Shown in pieces: positions 1 through 10,327 of a stretch of 64,000 nt of DNA (its first letter is position 1; every line of letters starts with the position of its first letter). Origin of the DNA: Candidatus Poribacteria bacterium (GTDB lineage Bacteria > Poribacteria > WGA-4E > WGA-3G); contig OZ219753.1 in assembly GCA_964291315.2 (NCBI GenBank), forward strand, positions 1,376,001 through 1,440,000, written 5' to 3'. A model generated the notes under the pieces. The model was not told the DNA's origin. It saw only the letters and a list, made by a program, of their open reading frames with translations, and made no database searches. The position numbers and the translations under genes were made by a program.

Positions 1-1481
1 TATGCTATCAGATCCTCAACAACCAATTTCACCGTCGTTTCCGCCGTCAGCAGGACCCCGGGAACGCCAGCACCCGGATGCGTACTCGCCCCGACGAAAT
101 AGAGGTTTTGTATATCTTCACTCCGGTTATGCGGTCGAAAATATGCTGTTTGTGTTAATTTCGGTTCAACCCCCCATGCACTGCCGAGATAGCTGTTCCG
201 TTTTTCCTTGAAATCTGAAGGTGTGAACGTTTCGAGCACCTCAATAGCATCTCTTAAGGCTGTCAGTCCGAAGTCCTTCTCCAAAAAAGTTAATACGGAA
301 TCCGTATATCTCTCTGTTGTCTTCTCCCAGTTAATACCGCTTGCCAAATTCGGCACAGGGATCAGTATGTACATACTCTCACACCCCTCAGGTGCCATAG
401 ACGGGTCGGTTTGCGACGGAATATGCAAATACATTGAAAAATCGTCAGAAAGAACTTTATTGTCAAAAATGTCAGCTACCAATCCCCTATATCTCTCGGA
501 AAGAACAAGCGTATGATGCTTCAAGTGCGGGTACCTGTTTTTCACGCCCAGATAGAGTAAGAAAGCACTCATTGAATATTGGGTTTTCTTGAGTTTTCCA
601 TCCGACCATTTCTTTCGATGCTCCGCGTTAATAAGTCTTCCATAAGTGTGTAGCAGATCAGCATTGGAAATAACCCCGTCAGCTTCGTAAAATTGGTCTT
701 TTACCAGCACACCTTTCGCTCTGCGATCTTCAACGACAATCTGTTCGACTTCTGCCCCAGTTTCAATAACACCACCGAGTTTCTTAAAGACCTCTTCCAA
801 TGCAAGAACGAGATTATACATACCGCCTTTGCAAAACCAGACACCGCCGGTTTTTTCAAGATACGGAATCATTAGGTAAACTGCTGGCGCACGGAACGGA
901 TTACCACCTATGAATAGCGGATGAAATGAGAAAATGAAACGGTGCCGCGGGTCCTTGAAATATTTTTTAACGACATCATAAGCCGGAGTCAGTGCCTGAA
1001 GACGTAACGCACGCGGTAGAAAACTGAGCAGTGTCTGCAAGTTAAACGGCGTAGAACCGAGCCCGTCCGTGATGACAGCATCGTAAAGTCGACCGGTATG
1101 CTCCATGAAACGATCATAGTTGTTAGCGTCTTTCTTGTTGAAACCTGCCATCTGCCGTTTCATCTGTTCACCATCGTCCGTATAGTCAAACGATGAACCG
1201 TCATGAAAATATATACTATAGAACGGATCCAGTTTTACTAGCTCAAGGTAATCTTCCATCTGAACCCCCGCACAAGCAAATACCCGTTGAATGAGATCAG
1301 GGGCGGTGATAATCGAAGGCCCCATGTCGAAAGTGTAACCTTCCTTAACCAGCTGATAAGCGTGTCCACCGACTTTCTCGTTCTTTTCGAGAATCGTGAC
1401 CTGCATACCTTTCGCTTGGAGTCGAATCGCTGCCGCGAGCCCGCCAAACCCTGAGCCGATGATAACGATTTTCCGTTTCAT
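1..1481 (-). CDS. crtI: Phytoene desaturase (CrtI family); stop codon cut by the window edge
   Basis: Not in the ORF track. Manual translation from ATG 1481: MKRKIVIIGSGFGGLAAAIRL (FAD GxGxGG), YTFDMGPSIIT, HPLFIGGNPF, C-terminal NLYFVGASTHPGAGVPGVL; frame ends ...EDLIA then TA at positions 2-1. Confidence 0.92.
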   Translation of the reverse strand, partial: MKRKIVIIGSGFGGLAAAIRLQAKGMQVTILEKNEKVGGHAYQLVKEGYTFDMGPSIITAPDLIQRVFACAGVQMEDYLELVKLDPFYSIYFHDGSSFDYTDDGEQMKRQMAGFNKKDANNYDRFMEHTGRLYDAVITDGLGSTPFNLQTLLSFLPRALRLQALTPAYDVVKKYFKDPRHRFIFSFHPLFIGGNPFRAPAVYLMIPYLEKTGGVWFCKGGMYNLVLALEEVFKKLGGVIETGAEVEQIVVEDRRAKGVLVKDQFYEADGVISNADLLHTYGRLINAEHRKKWSDGKLKKTQYSMSAFLLYLGVKNRYPHLKHHTLVLSERYRGLVADIFDNKVLSDDFSMYLHIPSQTDPSMAPEGCESMYILIPVPNLASGINWEKTTERYTDSVLTFLEKDFGLTALRDAIEVLETFTPSDFKEKRNSYLGSAWGVEPKLTQTAYFRPHNRSEDIQNLYFVGASTHPGAGVPGVLLTAETTVKLVVEDLIA

Positions 1482-1622
1482 GTTTTCTAACCCCGTTCAA
1501 TCGAAACATGCGATGTTTGATACTGCCGAGTGGACATCGCTCCGCGCCCGGCCTTCTCCGCAATTCTTCCAGACACGGGGTGTTTGTTCCCTTTAACTGT
1601 GATCAAACCCGTTAGGTGCCCC

Positions 1623-3125
1623 TTAATAGGCATCTGAAATTTTTGACTCATGATTCTCCGCGATCAACATCGCTGCTATCTTTCCCGACAATAACACCAA
1701 GGGGATTCCACCGCCGGGGTGCACTGAACCGCCAGCAAAGTAGAGTCTATCGAGGGTCCGGCTTCTATTTGGTATTCGCCTGAACGCCGTGCTCTTGCTA
1801 TTTGATGATGTACCGTAGATGCTCCCCTGATTGCTGGCGTAAAGTTTGGCAAAATCTTCTGGGGTGTAGATTTGCTCCATCTCAATTCGATCTGCGATGT
1901 CAAAACCGAGTCGTTTTAGCTTATCCAAAACGACTGCACGCATCCGGACCTTTTCTTTCTCCCATAATTGCCCAGGAGCCAAGTACGGCATATTTAACAA
2001 CACGAACCAATTTTCGCTGTCAGTCGGTGCATGCCCCGCATCGGTTTTGCTGGTTATGGCAATGTAAATAGTGGGTTCATCCGGTACTTGTTGATGTTTG
2101 AAAATCTGTTCGAATTCCACTGCATAGTCGCTGGAGAAGATAATGTTATGGTGTGCTAACTTCGGCTGTTTAGCACTAACCCCCCATAAGAATACCATTC
2201 CGGACAGCGATGGCTCCAATTGATTCAATTTTTCGCGGCGCTTCTGAGGGCTGTCAATCAGTTTCTCATGTGCTACGACTGCGTCCGTGCCACATAGGAC
2301 GTAGTCCGCAGCAACCTTTTCACCATTGACTTGCACCCCGCTTACACGTTTACCATCACTGCAGATTCTTTCAACTTTTGCTGATGTATGAATCTGTACA
2401 CCTAATCTACATGCTACTGATTTTAGAGCGTCAATCAGGCGATATATACCCCCTTTGATGTAGTATCCGCCTAAACCGTATTCGATATACGGAATTATAT
2501 TCAGAGTCGCTGGTGCCTGAAATGGATCGGAACCGTTATAAGTCGCGTAGCGGTCAAAAAGTTGGATGAGTCGAGCGTCTGAGAAAAATCGAGAGACGCT
2601 TTGATGTACCGTCCGAAACGGATCAATTTGATGAAGCCTGAATAACGTCTGAAAATAGCGAGGCTTCATGAGTTTCCTGAACTCATGGATCGGTGTAAAC
2701 ATAAAGATTTCAGCTGTTAAGGTGTAGATCCGTTCTGCATATTTCAAGAACTGTTCATACGCTTTCACGTCATCAGGAGAGAGCTGCTCAATTGCCACCT
2801 CCATCTTTGCTCTGTCAGCACTTGCATCCATCACTGAACCATCTGAAAAGAAGTATCGACATATCGGGTCAATTGGCACGAAGTCGAGATAATCTCGTCT
2901 CTTAAACCCTGCGAAATCGAACAGCTCGTCGATGACAAAAGGCATCGTTACTAACGATGCTCCGGTATCGAACCGGTAGCCCGCCCCAATTACCTCATTC
3001 ACCTTTCCACCGATTTCTGGATTTTTCTCGAATAATTGGACAAGGAATCCGAGCCGTGCAAGACGAATCGCGCCGCTTAGGGCACCGAGTCCGCCGCCAA
3101 CAACCGCTATCCTCTTATTTTCCAT
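1623..3125 (-). CDS. Second CrtI-family carotenoid desaturase, probably 1-hydroxycarotenoid 3,4-desaturase (CrtD-like)
   Basis: GGGLGAL FAD motif, YRFDTGASL, RYATYNGSDP, LYFAGGSVHPGGGIPLVLLSG; adjacent to crtI. Confidence 0.85.
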   Translation of the reverse strand: MENKRIAVVGGGLGALSGAIRLARLGFLVQLFEKNPEIGGKVNEVIGAGYRFDTGASLVTMPFVIDELFDFAGFKRRDYLDFVPIDPICRYFFSDGSVMDASADRAKMEVAIEQLSPDDVKAYEQFLKYAERIYTLTAEIFMFTPIHEFRKLMKPRYFQTLFRLHQIDPFRTVHQSVSRFFSDARLIQLFDRYATYNGSDPFQAPATLNIIPYIEYGLGGYYIKGGIYRLIDALKSVACRLGVQIHTSAKVERICSDGKRVSGVQVNGEKVAADYVLCGTDAVVAHEKLIDSPQKRREKLNQLEPSLSGMVFLWGVSAKQPKLAHHNIIFSSDYAVEFEQIFKHQQVPDEPTIYIAITSKTDAGHAPTDSENWFVLLNMPYLAPGQLWEKEKVRMRAVVLDKLKRLGFDIADRIEMEQIYTPEDFAKLYASNQGSIYGTSSNSKSTAFRRIPNRSRTLDRLYFAGGSVHPGGGIPLVLLSGKIAAMLIAENHESKISDAY

Positions 3126-3786
3126 TCTTTAGTTTCTCGTAGACCATTGTGTTGAAAAGCATGAGTGTGAATCCGTATCCGAAATCCTCAATCGGGATAG
3201 TCCATATCCGGTAGCCCATCTGGTATGTTTCCCCGTACAAAACAATAGGACGGGCTGTGAGATAACCGTTGAATATCAGAATTAAACCTAAGACAATTGC
3301 CAAGTAGAGATAGGTTCTCGGTAGCAGGAGCAGATCGACACCTAATAATGTATCGAGCAATCCGAAGAGGCCGAAACAGAATATAACGAGTCCCGTATAC
3401 TGCTTACCCATGCTAAACACCCACACACCCGCTGGTAGCGCAGCGTATAAGACCGTTCTGATGTTCCGTAACGACTCTAGGCGTATCTTCTGTTCTGCAT
3501 GCGGCAGTGTTTCCCACACTAACAGAGACCCGAATGGAACCGTGATAAAGAAAAGCCACTCCTCAATCGGCAAACCTAACAGTCGGAAGTCAAGTGTATA
3601 CGCCTCGTTGAACCACCAATGGGAACCAGCGACCATAGCATCCCATATAATATATGGGATCATGACTATCCCACTTGTCAGCAATTTCAATCGCCAACGC
3701 GAAACGAGTCTAATCTGACGACTGAAGTGTGATACGATAGGCCCCACAATAACGACGAGATTAAACAGAAGGTATTCAAATTTCAT
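3115..3786 (-). CDS. Lycopene cyclase domain protein (fused CrtYc/CrtYd type)
   Basis: Hydrophobic, two half-domains with LPIEEWLFF and IPIEDFGY motifs; overlaps the desaturase start. Confidence 0.85.
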   Translation of the reverse strand: MKFEYLLFNLVVIVGPIVSHFSRQIRLVSRWRLKLLTSGIVMIPYIIWDAMVAGSHWWFNEAYTLDFRLLGLPIEEWLFFITVPFGSLLVWETLPHAEQKIRLESLRNIRTVLYAALPAGVWVFSMGKQYTGLVIFCFGLFGLLDTLLGVDLLLLPRTYLYLAIVLGLILIFNGYLTARPIVLYGETYQMGYRIWTIPIEDFGYGFTLMLFNTMVYEKLKNGK

Positions 3787-4379
3787 TGTTGCGTGCCTGG
3801 ACGCTGAGATTCCAATGTGTTTTTAAGATTTTGAAGATATATTTTCTCCTTAGGCATCAATTTAACGTTTTCAAGCAGGAACGCAATGATATTTACGATG
3901 AGTTTCCGATCATAGATATCCACTTGGGACTGCATCTGTTTAATAATTTTCTTGAAATCTTGCTGAGCATCATCGCTGCGTTGGAAGAAGAACGGGAGAT
4001 GATAACACGTCATCCCATGGATGAATAGTGCTTCAATGTCGTTAGGGCTTTTCTGCAGGCCGCTGTCCATAACAGCCAAACCGCGCTTTGCCCATTTGAA
4101 CTTCGTATACGGAAAAAAAGCATGCTTGCCTTTGAGAGCAATAAGTGCTCCGATGTAGACCTGTGCCCGTCCAATGTACTTCGGTTCCATTTGTCCAATA
4201 CGCTCAAATAACGCAATTGTCGGTTTAATTTGTTTTTTCTCTTCGATCGCGCTATAGAATTGCTTGCGTGCAACCTCTAGCGTTTCTTCTACTAAATCGT
4301 CAGATGCCACACTGCTCAAGCAGAATAAGAAAGGGAGCAGTAATATCAAACTTGCAAGAAAAAATTGGTTAAGTTTCAT
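3783..4379 (-). CDS. Exported helical (TPR-like) hypothetical protein heading the carotenoid operon
   Basis: Likely start MKLNQFFLASLILLLPFLFCL (signal-like) at 4379; helical-repeat pattern; 4-nt overlap with the cyclase gene. Confidence 0.6.
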   Translation of the reverse strand: MKLNQFFLASLILLLPFLFCLSSVASDDLVEETLEVARKQFYSAIEEKKQIKPTIALFERIGQMEPKYIGRAQVYIGALIALKGKHAFFPYTKFKWAKRGLAVMDSGLQKSPNDIEALFIHGMTCYHLPFFFQRSDDAQQDFKKIIKQMQSQVDIYDRKLIVNIIAFLLENVKLMPKEKIYLQNLKNTLESQRPGTQQ

Positions 4380-4690
4380 TACAAAAACTGACCTGTTTGG
4401 ACTATTCCACGCCATGATCCAACGCGAGTTTGCACCAATACGTGTAGCTGCCAGAGGTTTCCTGAACATCTTGTTTCAACGTGTGTATGTTAATCCATAG
4501 CAACAATTCGCAGATGGCGTTAAAGGCTAAAATCGAAAATGTGATATGTAATTTACCTTCACATTGCTATATTTTAAATATATATTGCAATCTGCTAAGT
4601 TGCCACCTTAATAAAACAACACAATTTCAATCGATAAATTGTATAAACACCATCTTTGGCAATAAGAGTCGTCGACAAGGAGTGCCGACT

Positions 4691-6307
4691 CTATTTGAAA
4701 TCCTTGATTAGATTTTTCCGTGTTTTTTGCCCCGCTATCTTTTTTCTTGCAAGCATCATTTTTAAGGAGCAGCTCTGAAATTCTTGATTAAATATCGCAG
4801 GATTCCTGGCATCGCTGTCCGATCTCTGGAAATCTCCAATCTCAAAGGGCAACTCGGACATGTCCATAAGTCCTTTTGTACCTATCTCACTGTTATCTTG
4901 CCAAAACAGGTTCGTCGACCCTTGATCTACGCCAGTAGCCCTCTCAAACATCTTACTGTTAACCTCATTTCTGATGTCCATCATCTTCAACGATGGACGT
5001 TTTTCCCAATGTTGTGGTACAGGATATCTCTGGTTATCTTTAGACGTTTCTAAATTCATTTGGGCATCGCCTTTCCCTTGGAGTCGCTTTTCATACGCGT
5101 GAGTATGTTCCTTGGATTGTTTGTGGAGCTGTCTGCTGTCTGCTTTCCATTTTGCTGCGGATATTCGGAGAGTATGAACTGCCTCGCGGGGTTGAGCAAG
5201 CTGAGCAGCGATCGACTTTTCGTTAAACCTTTCTTCTAGCTGTTGAGGTGCCTGAACGAATAACGAGATTTTCAAAGCTTTTAGAGGGGCTAATTGTGCC
5301 GTTGCCAATAACGGCAAAAAGGTTAGGAGTAAAGTTGCCCCAATCAGACGCAAGCGCGGTTTCGGTTGTACATCTAACCGGCGATTGTTTTTCAGGATAG
5401 AATCAATGCGAGAGCCCAACCGAGACCCCTGATTTAGGGATAACACGGGCGGAATAATTCGGTTTTCATGCTGAACCAGATCTAGTAAACATTGGGCGTA
5501 GCTTTTTCTTGCACCTGTGAATTGAATCACCCAATCATCACAGATACGTTCCCGTAGATGAGTGAGTTCGCGATTAAGAAAATGATAGGCCGGATGAAAA
5601 AAGAAAATAACTCCAATGAAGTGCGAAAAGAGGTTTGTTAACCAATCGAGGCGCTGCACATGTGCTAACTCGTGAATAGCTACTAACTCAAACTGCTCCA
5701 CATTCAAATGTCCCGGAATCAAGATACAAGGCGATAACCAACCGAATGAGATCGGCGACACTACCCGATCTGATAGGTAGACTGTGACCGGGCGATCTAT
5801 GTCTAGCTGCTTCGCTAACCGGCCACAGATTGCTTGATACGACTCATCAGCCACTACCGCTCTGTGTTGCAGTTGACAAATTCGGTACAGACCAAACAGG
5901 AGATGGATTAACATAGTGAGTGCACCAATTGCCCAAAAACCCAACAGGATGTCTGTTTTATCCCAATTGGCGAAAGACGAAGCACCAGAAAGCAATTGGC
6001 TCTCCGATTGTGTGGTGCCCTCAACAGCTGAAACTTCTGTTAGATCCGTAGTTAACACAGACAAGCCGAGTATGTTTACTTGCTCTGTCTGCCCTAATTT
6101 TGAACCCGTGCCCTCTATTGAGAGCGCTGGTACAAACTGATTTAAACCGAACAAGATCGGTAAACTGAGTAAAGACAACAACCATAACAGATAAACAGTA
6201 GGGTTGGAACGGAGGAAACACTTCGCAACAAACCAAGTTACTCCACATAGGAACATCCATTGCCATGAACAGTTGAGCAACGGAAGCAGGATGTGCTTAC
6301 TCATCAC
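4691..6307 (-). CDS. BlaR1/MecR1-like M56 membrane metallopeptidase with unrecognised C-terminal domain
   Basis: N-terminal TM helices, SPISFGWLSPCILIP, HELAH zinc motif, RERICDDWV; overlaps blaI-like gene. Confidence 0.88.
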   Translation of the reverse strand: MMSKHILLPLLNCSWQWMFLCGVTWFVAKCFLRSNPTVYLLWLLSLLSLPILFGLNQFVPALSIEGTGSKLGQTEQVNILGLSVLTTDLTEVSAVEGTTQSESQLLSGASSFANWDKTDILLGFWAIGALTMLIHLLFGLYRICQLQHRAVVADESYQAICGRLAKQLDIDRPVTVYLSDRVVSPISFGWLSPCILIPGHLNVEQFELVAIHELAHVQRLDWLTNLFSHFIGVIFFFHPAYHFLNRELTHLRERICDDWVIQFTGARKSYAQCLLDLVQHENRIIPPVLSLNQGSRLGSRIDSILKNNRRLDVQPKPRLRLIGATLLLTFLPLLATAQLAPLKALKISLFVQAPQQLEERFNEKSIAAQLAQPREAVHTLRISAAKWKADSRQLHKQSKEHTHAYEKRLQGKGDAQMNLETSKDNQRYPVPQHWEKRPSLKMMDIRNEVNSKMFERATGVDQGSTNLFWQDNSEIGTKGLMDMSELPFEIGDFQRSDSDARNPAIFNQEFQSCSLKMMLARKKIAGQKTRKNLIKDFK

Positions 6308-6683
6308 TTTTTTCTTCCTCAGGCTGATAGTTATTAATCAACGTTTGTAAGCGGTTGTGTTCCTCTAGGGTGGTTTGTCGCACTTCGAGCAGTGTATTGA
6401 CCAATTTTTCGGCTGAGCTGTCAAAAAGCCTTTCCAATAAATCGCTAAGCATCGAACGCTTAATCTCAACCTCTTTGACTAAGGGCTGATAAACGAAAGT
6501 TCTACCGTCAACTTGATGCGACAAAAAACCTTTCTTTTCAAGATTTTTCATCGTCGTAGCGATGGTAGTATAGGCAAGTTTCCGATCAATATTATCAAGG
6601 ACATCGTTGACCGTAGCATGCTTCAATTTCCATACTACTTTCATCACTTCAAGTTCTAGATGATGCAATCTCTTCGTCTTCAT
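6297..6683 (-). CDS. BlaI/MecI/CopY family transcriptional repressor
   Basis: LELEVMKVVW, LAYTTIATTMKNLEKKGFL, GRTFVYQP. Confidence 0.92.
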   Translation of the reverse strand: MKTKRLHHLELEVMKVVWKLKHATVNDVLDNIDRKLAYTTIATTMKNLEKKGFLSHQVDGRTFVYQPLVKEVEIKRSMLSDLLERLFDSSAEKLVNTLLEVRQTTLEEHNRLQTLINNYQPEEEKSDE

Positions 6684-6745
6684 TTGATTTCGTCCTTATA
6701 GAAAAAAACACCCGCGATCCAGAGCATTAGGGGATATGTTTCAAA

Positions 6746-6759
6746 TTACGACCTAGTAA
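6746..6759. promoter_or_regulatory. Candidate BlaI-family operator (imperfect palindrome)
   Basis: TTACGA-CC-TAGTAA, 5 of 6 bp paired per arm, ~65 nt upstream of the blaI-like start; resembles TACA-NN-TGTA-type boxes. Confidence 0.4.
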
Positions 6760-7080
6760 ATACTAATATTGAATACTTAACAATAACATTATAGACTAGG
6801 AGAATACATTTTTCAAATTAATTTTGAAAATTATAATTTTAATTCTCCTGCCTGCCCAAGCTTGAACCTTGTAATTAGCGGGCTGCCTTTACTGATTTGT
6901 ACTTGTTATATCATACAGAATTCATAAGCGAGAAAAGCGTAACAGCGAGAGACACTCCTCCTGAGGGTTCTCACATCTACTTTCGCCGGATTGCTTGTCG
7001 TAAGGATTTCGTCCGTCCCAACGTTGTGAGCGAGATTGGCACATTTTGCGTGATCTCCATGTGCATACGAAATTGTGTTG

Positions 7081-9339
7081 TCAGTCGATTAATATCTGCT
7101 CAATGGAGTGTACAAACAATACATCTTTTACCCCATTGTACTGCTGGAGTATTTGAGGCAGCGCGGCAGAATTAAGGTCTTCTCCTGTTAATCCAGTGAT
7201 AATTAAGTCGGCCCGACCCGATCGATGGGATACTTCTTTTTCAAGCCCCTTCATACTGTCATAAGAGATAGGAGTTACATTCTGCATTGAAATGGGCAAC
7301 CTCCCCTCTTTCATAAGCGTTGAGAGTTTGTCCGTTTCCCGTTCGGCTTCACCTTCAGCGCTTTTAGACGGAGAACAAGCGAAAAGGCTGATTTCAGCGC
7401 CTTTCCAGTCTGGATGCCCGATGGTGATATACGCCAACAATAGCATCATCGCAGCGTTTTTCAAATTATCTTGTGTTACCCATACATGAATGGAGGACTT
7501 ATAACCGAAGCGGTAAGCCGTAGATCTGAGGATTAGAATATTAAAAAGTGAGTTTACGGCGATCAGCGCCCCCTGTTTGATCTCCTCAATTTCCTCTGGA
7601 TTCTCCTCATCGAATTCAAAGAGTATCGAATTATTAGGTAAACCGGAAATACCCGGCATTTGCACTATCTGGGTGAGGGCGAGTTGGAAAGTTGGACAAA
7701 TGAGGGTGTCGACGAAGACACCGGCTCGACTGACTTCCGTCCGTTTGATTAATTCGTCAACATAGAGCCGCGCCTTTATTTTGTTCGAAAACGTGAAGTC
7801 ACCCAAGTAGAGTTGAATAAAGTGCCCGAAACCGTGTCTGTGACAGATCCACCGAAGCAAGTCAAAATGCCCAAGACGGCGTTCCCCTAAACGTGAAACG
7901 GCGACAATAGACGGACGCCAGCCCCCTTCAGAGGTCATCACCCGACTTTTTTGTAAGGTTGTCTGCAACCAGCGCGTTAACTGAAACATCGTCCCTTGAA
8001 AGATAGCAGCAAAGTCGCGTTCCCCTTGGCGGCTGCGACGGAGGCCAATATAGGTTCCGCCCATGAGTACCAAGGCAATGAGCGCGTACAAGGCGCTAAT
8101 CTGAACCATCATCAGACCGCACATCACAGTACCTGATAGGGACAAATACCAACGAGAATGGAAAGTCGGACGATAGGACGGATTGCTTGCAAAATGTTCA
8201 AGAAATGATACCGCGCAGAGTGCCCCATAAGTTACCATAAAGAACATGCTCAGAATTTGAGCGATAAAGTCCACATCGCCTATGACAACAAACACTATAG
8301 CTACAGCACCAGATATACCTGTCGCATATATCGGCTCTTGACTTTTGCCTCTACCGGTTTCCATGAGGCGATTCAGCCTCGGAATTGGGAAAACATTATC
8401 ACGAGCAAGCATTTGCAGCGTTCTAGGGGCCACCATTATCGAACCGAGAGCAGAGGATAACGCAGCTGCCCCTAATCCGATATAGATGACAGGTGCCCAT
8501 AGAGCCACACGCGCCATAATAAACTGATCTTCATTCAGTGCCTCAGGAGTCGCACTCTGTCCCAACTTGACTGCCACAAGGATATATATCACCATCCCTC
8601 CGAATGTCGCCCCGATTGTGCCGAGAGGGATACTCTTTCGAGGAGTTCTTAGATCTCCAGATAGCCCTAAGCCCGCTATCATGCCTGTAAAGGCAGGAAA
8701 ACACGTCGCAAAAACCGTTCCGAAACCATCCGGGTTTTCAATGTGTGATGTAAGATTTAAGCCATTGGGGCGTATAGATTCCGGGCCTTCGCCAAATAGG
8801 AAAGCGAGGATTGATACCGCCAGCATTGCACAGACACACCAAAGCAATTTCACGCCTCCGCCTGCACCTTTAACCAACATGATGCCTAGCATCAGAAATG
8901 TACACGGAAGACTCACCCAACGCGGGTCTAGGTCGAGACCGTAAATGGCTTCAACCCATTCATAGACCGGTTGAAAGGCTTCCGCAAAAGCGACGATATA
9001 GAAAGCGACAGAGATCGCTTGAGATATATAGAGAGCGATTCCGATTGAACCACCTATACTCGCTCCGAAGGAACGACTGACAATGTAGTAGGCACCGCCC
9101 CCCGCTACCCGACGGTTCGTCGCGATCTCAGACACTGCCAGAACGGTCGGAACTGTCACCAGATGCCCAAGCAGCACAATCATGAGTGTACCCCAAAGTC
9201 CAACGTGTGCAACAGCGTAACCAAACCGTAAAAACAGGATCGCACCGAGAATAGTACTGATTGAAGCCAAAAATACAGGAGCCGTTCCGAAACCGTGCCC
9301 GGTTTGACTTGCAGGCCTTTGTGAGGCTTCCGCAAACAT
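7081..9339 (-). CDS. Cation-chloride cotransporter (SLC12/APC superfamily) homolog
   Basis: TILGAILFLR, GGAYYIVSRSFG, FPAFTGMIAG.GLSGDL, NPSYRPTF, C-terminal domain starting WRPSI. Confidence 0.85.
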   Translation of the reverse strand: MFAEASQRPASQTGHGFGTAPVFLASISTILGAILFLRFGYAVAHVGLWGTLMIVLLGHLVTVPTVLAVSEIATNRRVAGGGAYYIVSRSFGASIGGSIGIALYISQAISVAFYIVAFAEAFQPVYEWVEAIYGLDLDPRWVSLPCTFLMLGIMLVKGAGGGVKLLWCVCAMLAVSILAFLFGEGPESIRPNGLNLTSHIENPDGFGTVFATCFPAFTGMIAGLGLSGDLRTPRKSIPLGTIGATFGGMVIYILVAVKLGQSATPEALNEDQFIMARVALWAPVIYIGLGAAALSSALGSIMVAPRTLQMLARDNVFPIPRLNRLMETGRGKSQEPIYATGISGAVAIVFVVIGDVDFIAQILSMFFMVTYGALCAVSFLEHFASNPSYRPTFHSRWYLSLSGTVMCGLMMVQISALYALIALVLMGGTYIGLRRSRQGERDFAAIFQGTMFQLTRWLQTTLQKSRVMTSEGGWRPSIVAVSRLGERRLGHFDLLRWICHRHGFGHFIQLYLGDFTFSNKIKARLYVDELIKRTEVSRAGVFVDTLICPTFQLALTQIVQMPGISGLPNNSILFEFDEENPEEIEEIKQGALIAVNSLFNILILRSTAYRFGYKSSIHVWVTQDNLKNAAMMLLLAYITIGHPDWKGAEISLFACSPSKSAEGEAERETDKLSTLMKEGRLPISMQNVTPISYDSMKGLEKEVSHRSGRADLIITGLTGEDLNSAALPQILQQYNGVKDVLFVHSIEQILID

Positions 9340-9673
9340 ATATATAACTCTCCTTATAACCTATTAAAATTTCTCAGTAGCAAACACAAAAATTCCATGA
9401 AGTTCTAACCTGCGAAATTATAACGGAATTTTTAAGTATACCCCTGAAGAACCAAATGTCCCTCTCTACCGAATGAATGATAATTTTTGGGGCATTGCCG
9501 CCATTATTATGCCACAATGGCGTTTCATAAGCAAGAAAAGTATAACACAATACCGTTTTGAAAACGAGTGGAAGCTGCTTAAAAAGCAGGGGCATTCAGT
9601 TTTCTTATGTTCAGATCTTTCTGTAGAGGCGGGCTCTTGCTGACGATTGACCGACCACTGTCAAAAAATTTGC

Positions 9674-9702
9674 TTGACAAAATTATCAAGAATCTGTTTA
9701 AT
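9674..9702 (+). promoter_or_regulatory. sigma70-type promoter for ridA-fabV
   Basis: TTGACA-N17-TTTAAT. Confidence 0.55.
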
Positions 9703-9842
9703 AATAGAGGCAGATATAAACATCTCCAGTCAGTTTCCGCTTGCTTCGCGGCACAGCTTGCAAGCCGATATTTCAAAGCACACTCAAAGTGCCCCGTTTG
9801 TGGCATATTAACGTTTAATCCGTTTACAAAGGAAAATATCAC

Positions 9843-10304
9843 ATGACAATAGAACAACGACTTGAAGAATTAGGGGTAGAACTGCCAGAACCAGCAGTGC
9901 CCGTAGCGAATTACCTAACAACTGTGCAGACCGGAAATCTCATATTTACCTCGGGGCATGGCCCTGGAACCGGCGAGGGTAAAATATATAAGAGTCAACT
10001 CGGCACCGACGCTACAATTGAAGAAGGGTACGCATCAGCGCGGCAGGTGGCGATCTGTTTGCTAAGCACCCTTAAACATGCACTGGGTGATCTCGATCGG
10101 ATCAAGCGCGTCGTCAAAGTGGTCGGATTCGTCAACTCAGCACCTGACTTTACCGACCAACCCGCAGTTGTCAATGGAGCCTCCGACTTTTTCGTCGAAG
10201 TGTTCGGGGATAAAGGTAGACATACCCGCTCCGCAGTCGGTATGGTGCAACTGCCCGGTGGAATTCCGGTTGAAGTCGAAATGGTCGTCGAAATTGAAGA
10301 TTAA
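9843..10304 (+). CDS. RidA/YjgF family protein
   Basis: PVANY, FTDQPAVVNGASD, GRHTRSAVG, PVEVE. Confidence 0.9.
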   Translation: MTIEQRLEELGVELPEPAVPVANYLTTVQTGNLIFTSGHGPGTGEGKIYKSQLGTDATIEEGYASARQVAICLLSTLKHALGDLDRIKRVVKVVGFVNSAPDFTDQPAVVNGASDFFVEVFGDKGRHTRSAVGMVQLPGGIPVEVEMVVEIED

Positions 10305-10327
10305 CCGCTTCAAAAGAAAAGGAAACA

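Noticed and set aside
1238-1596. Short ORF-track calls near the crtI start suggesting a frameshift
   Set aside because: Manual translation from 1481 is open to the window edge; these are alternative frames
9374-9857. Short ORFs in the divergent promoter region
   Set aside because: AT-rich, overlap promoter motifs, no protein-like features
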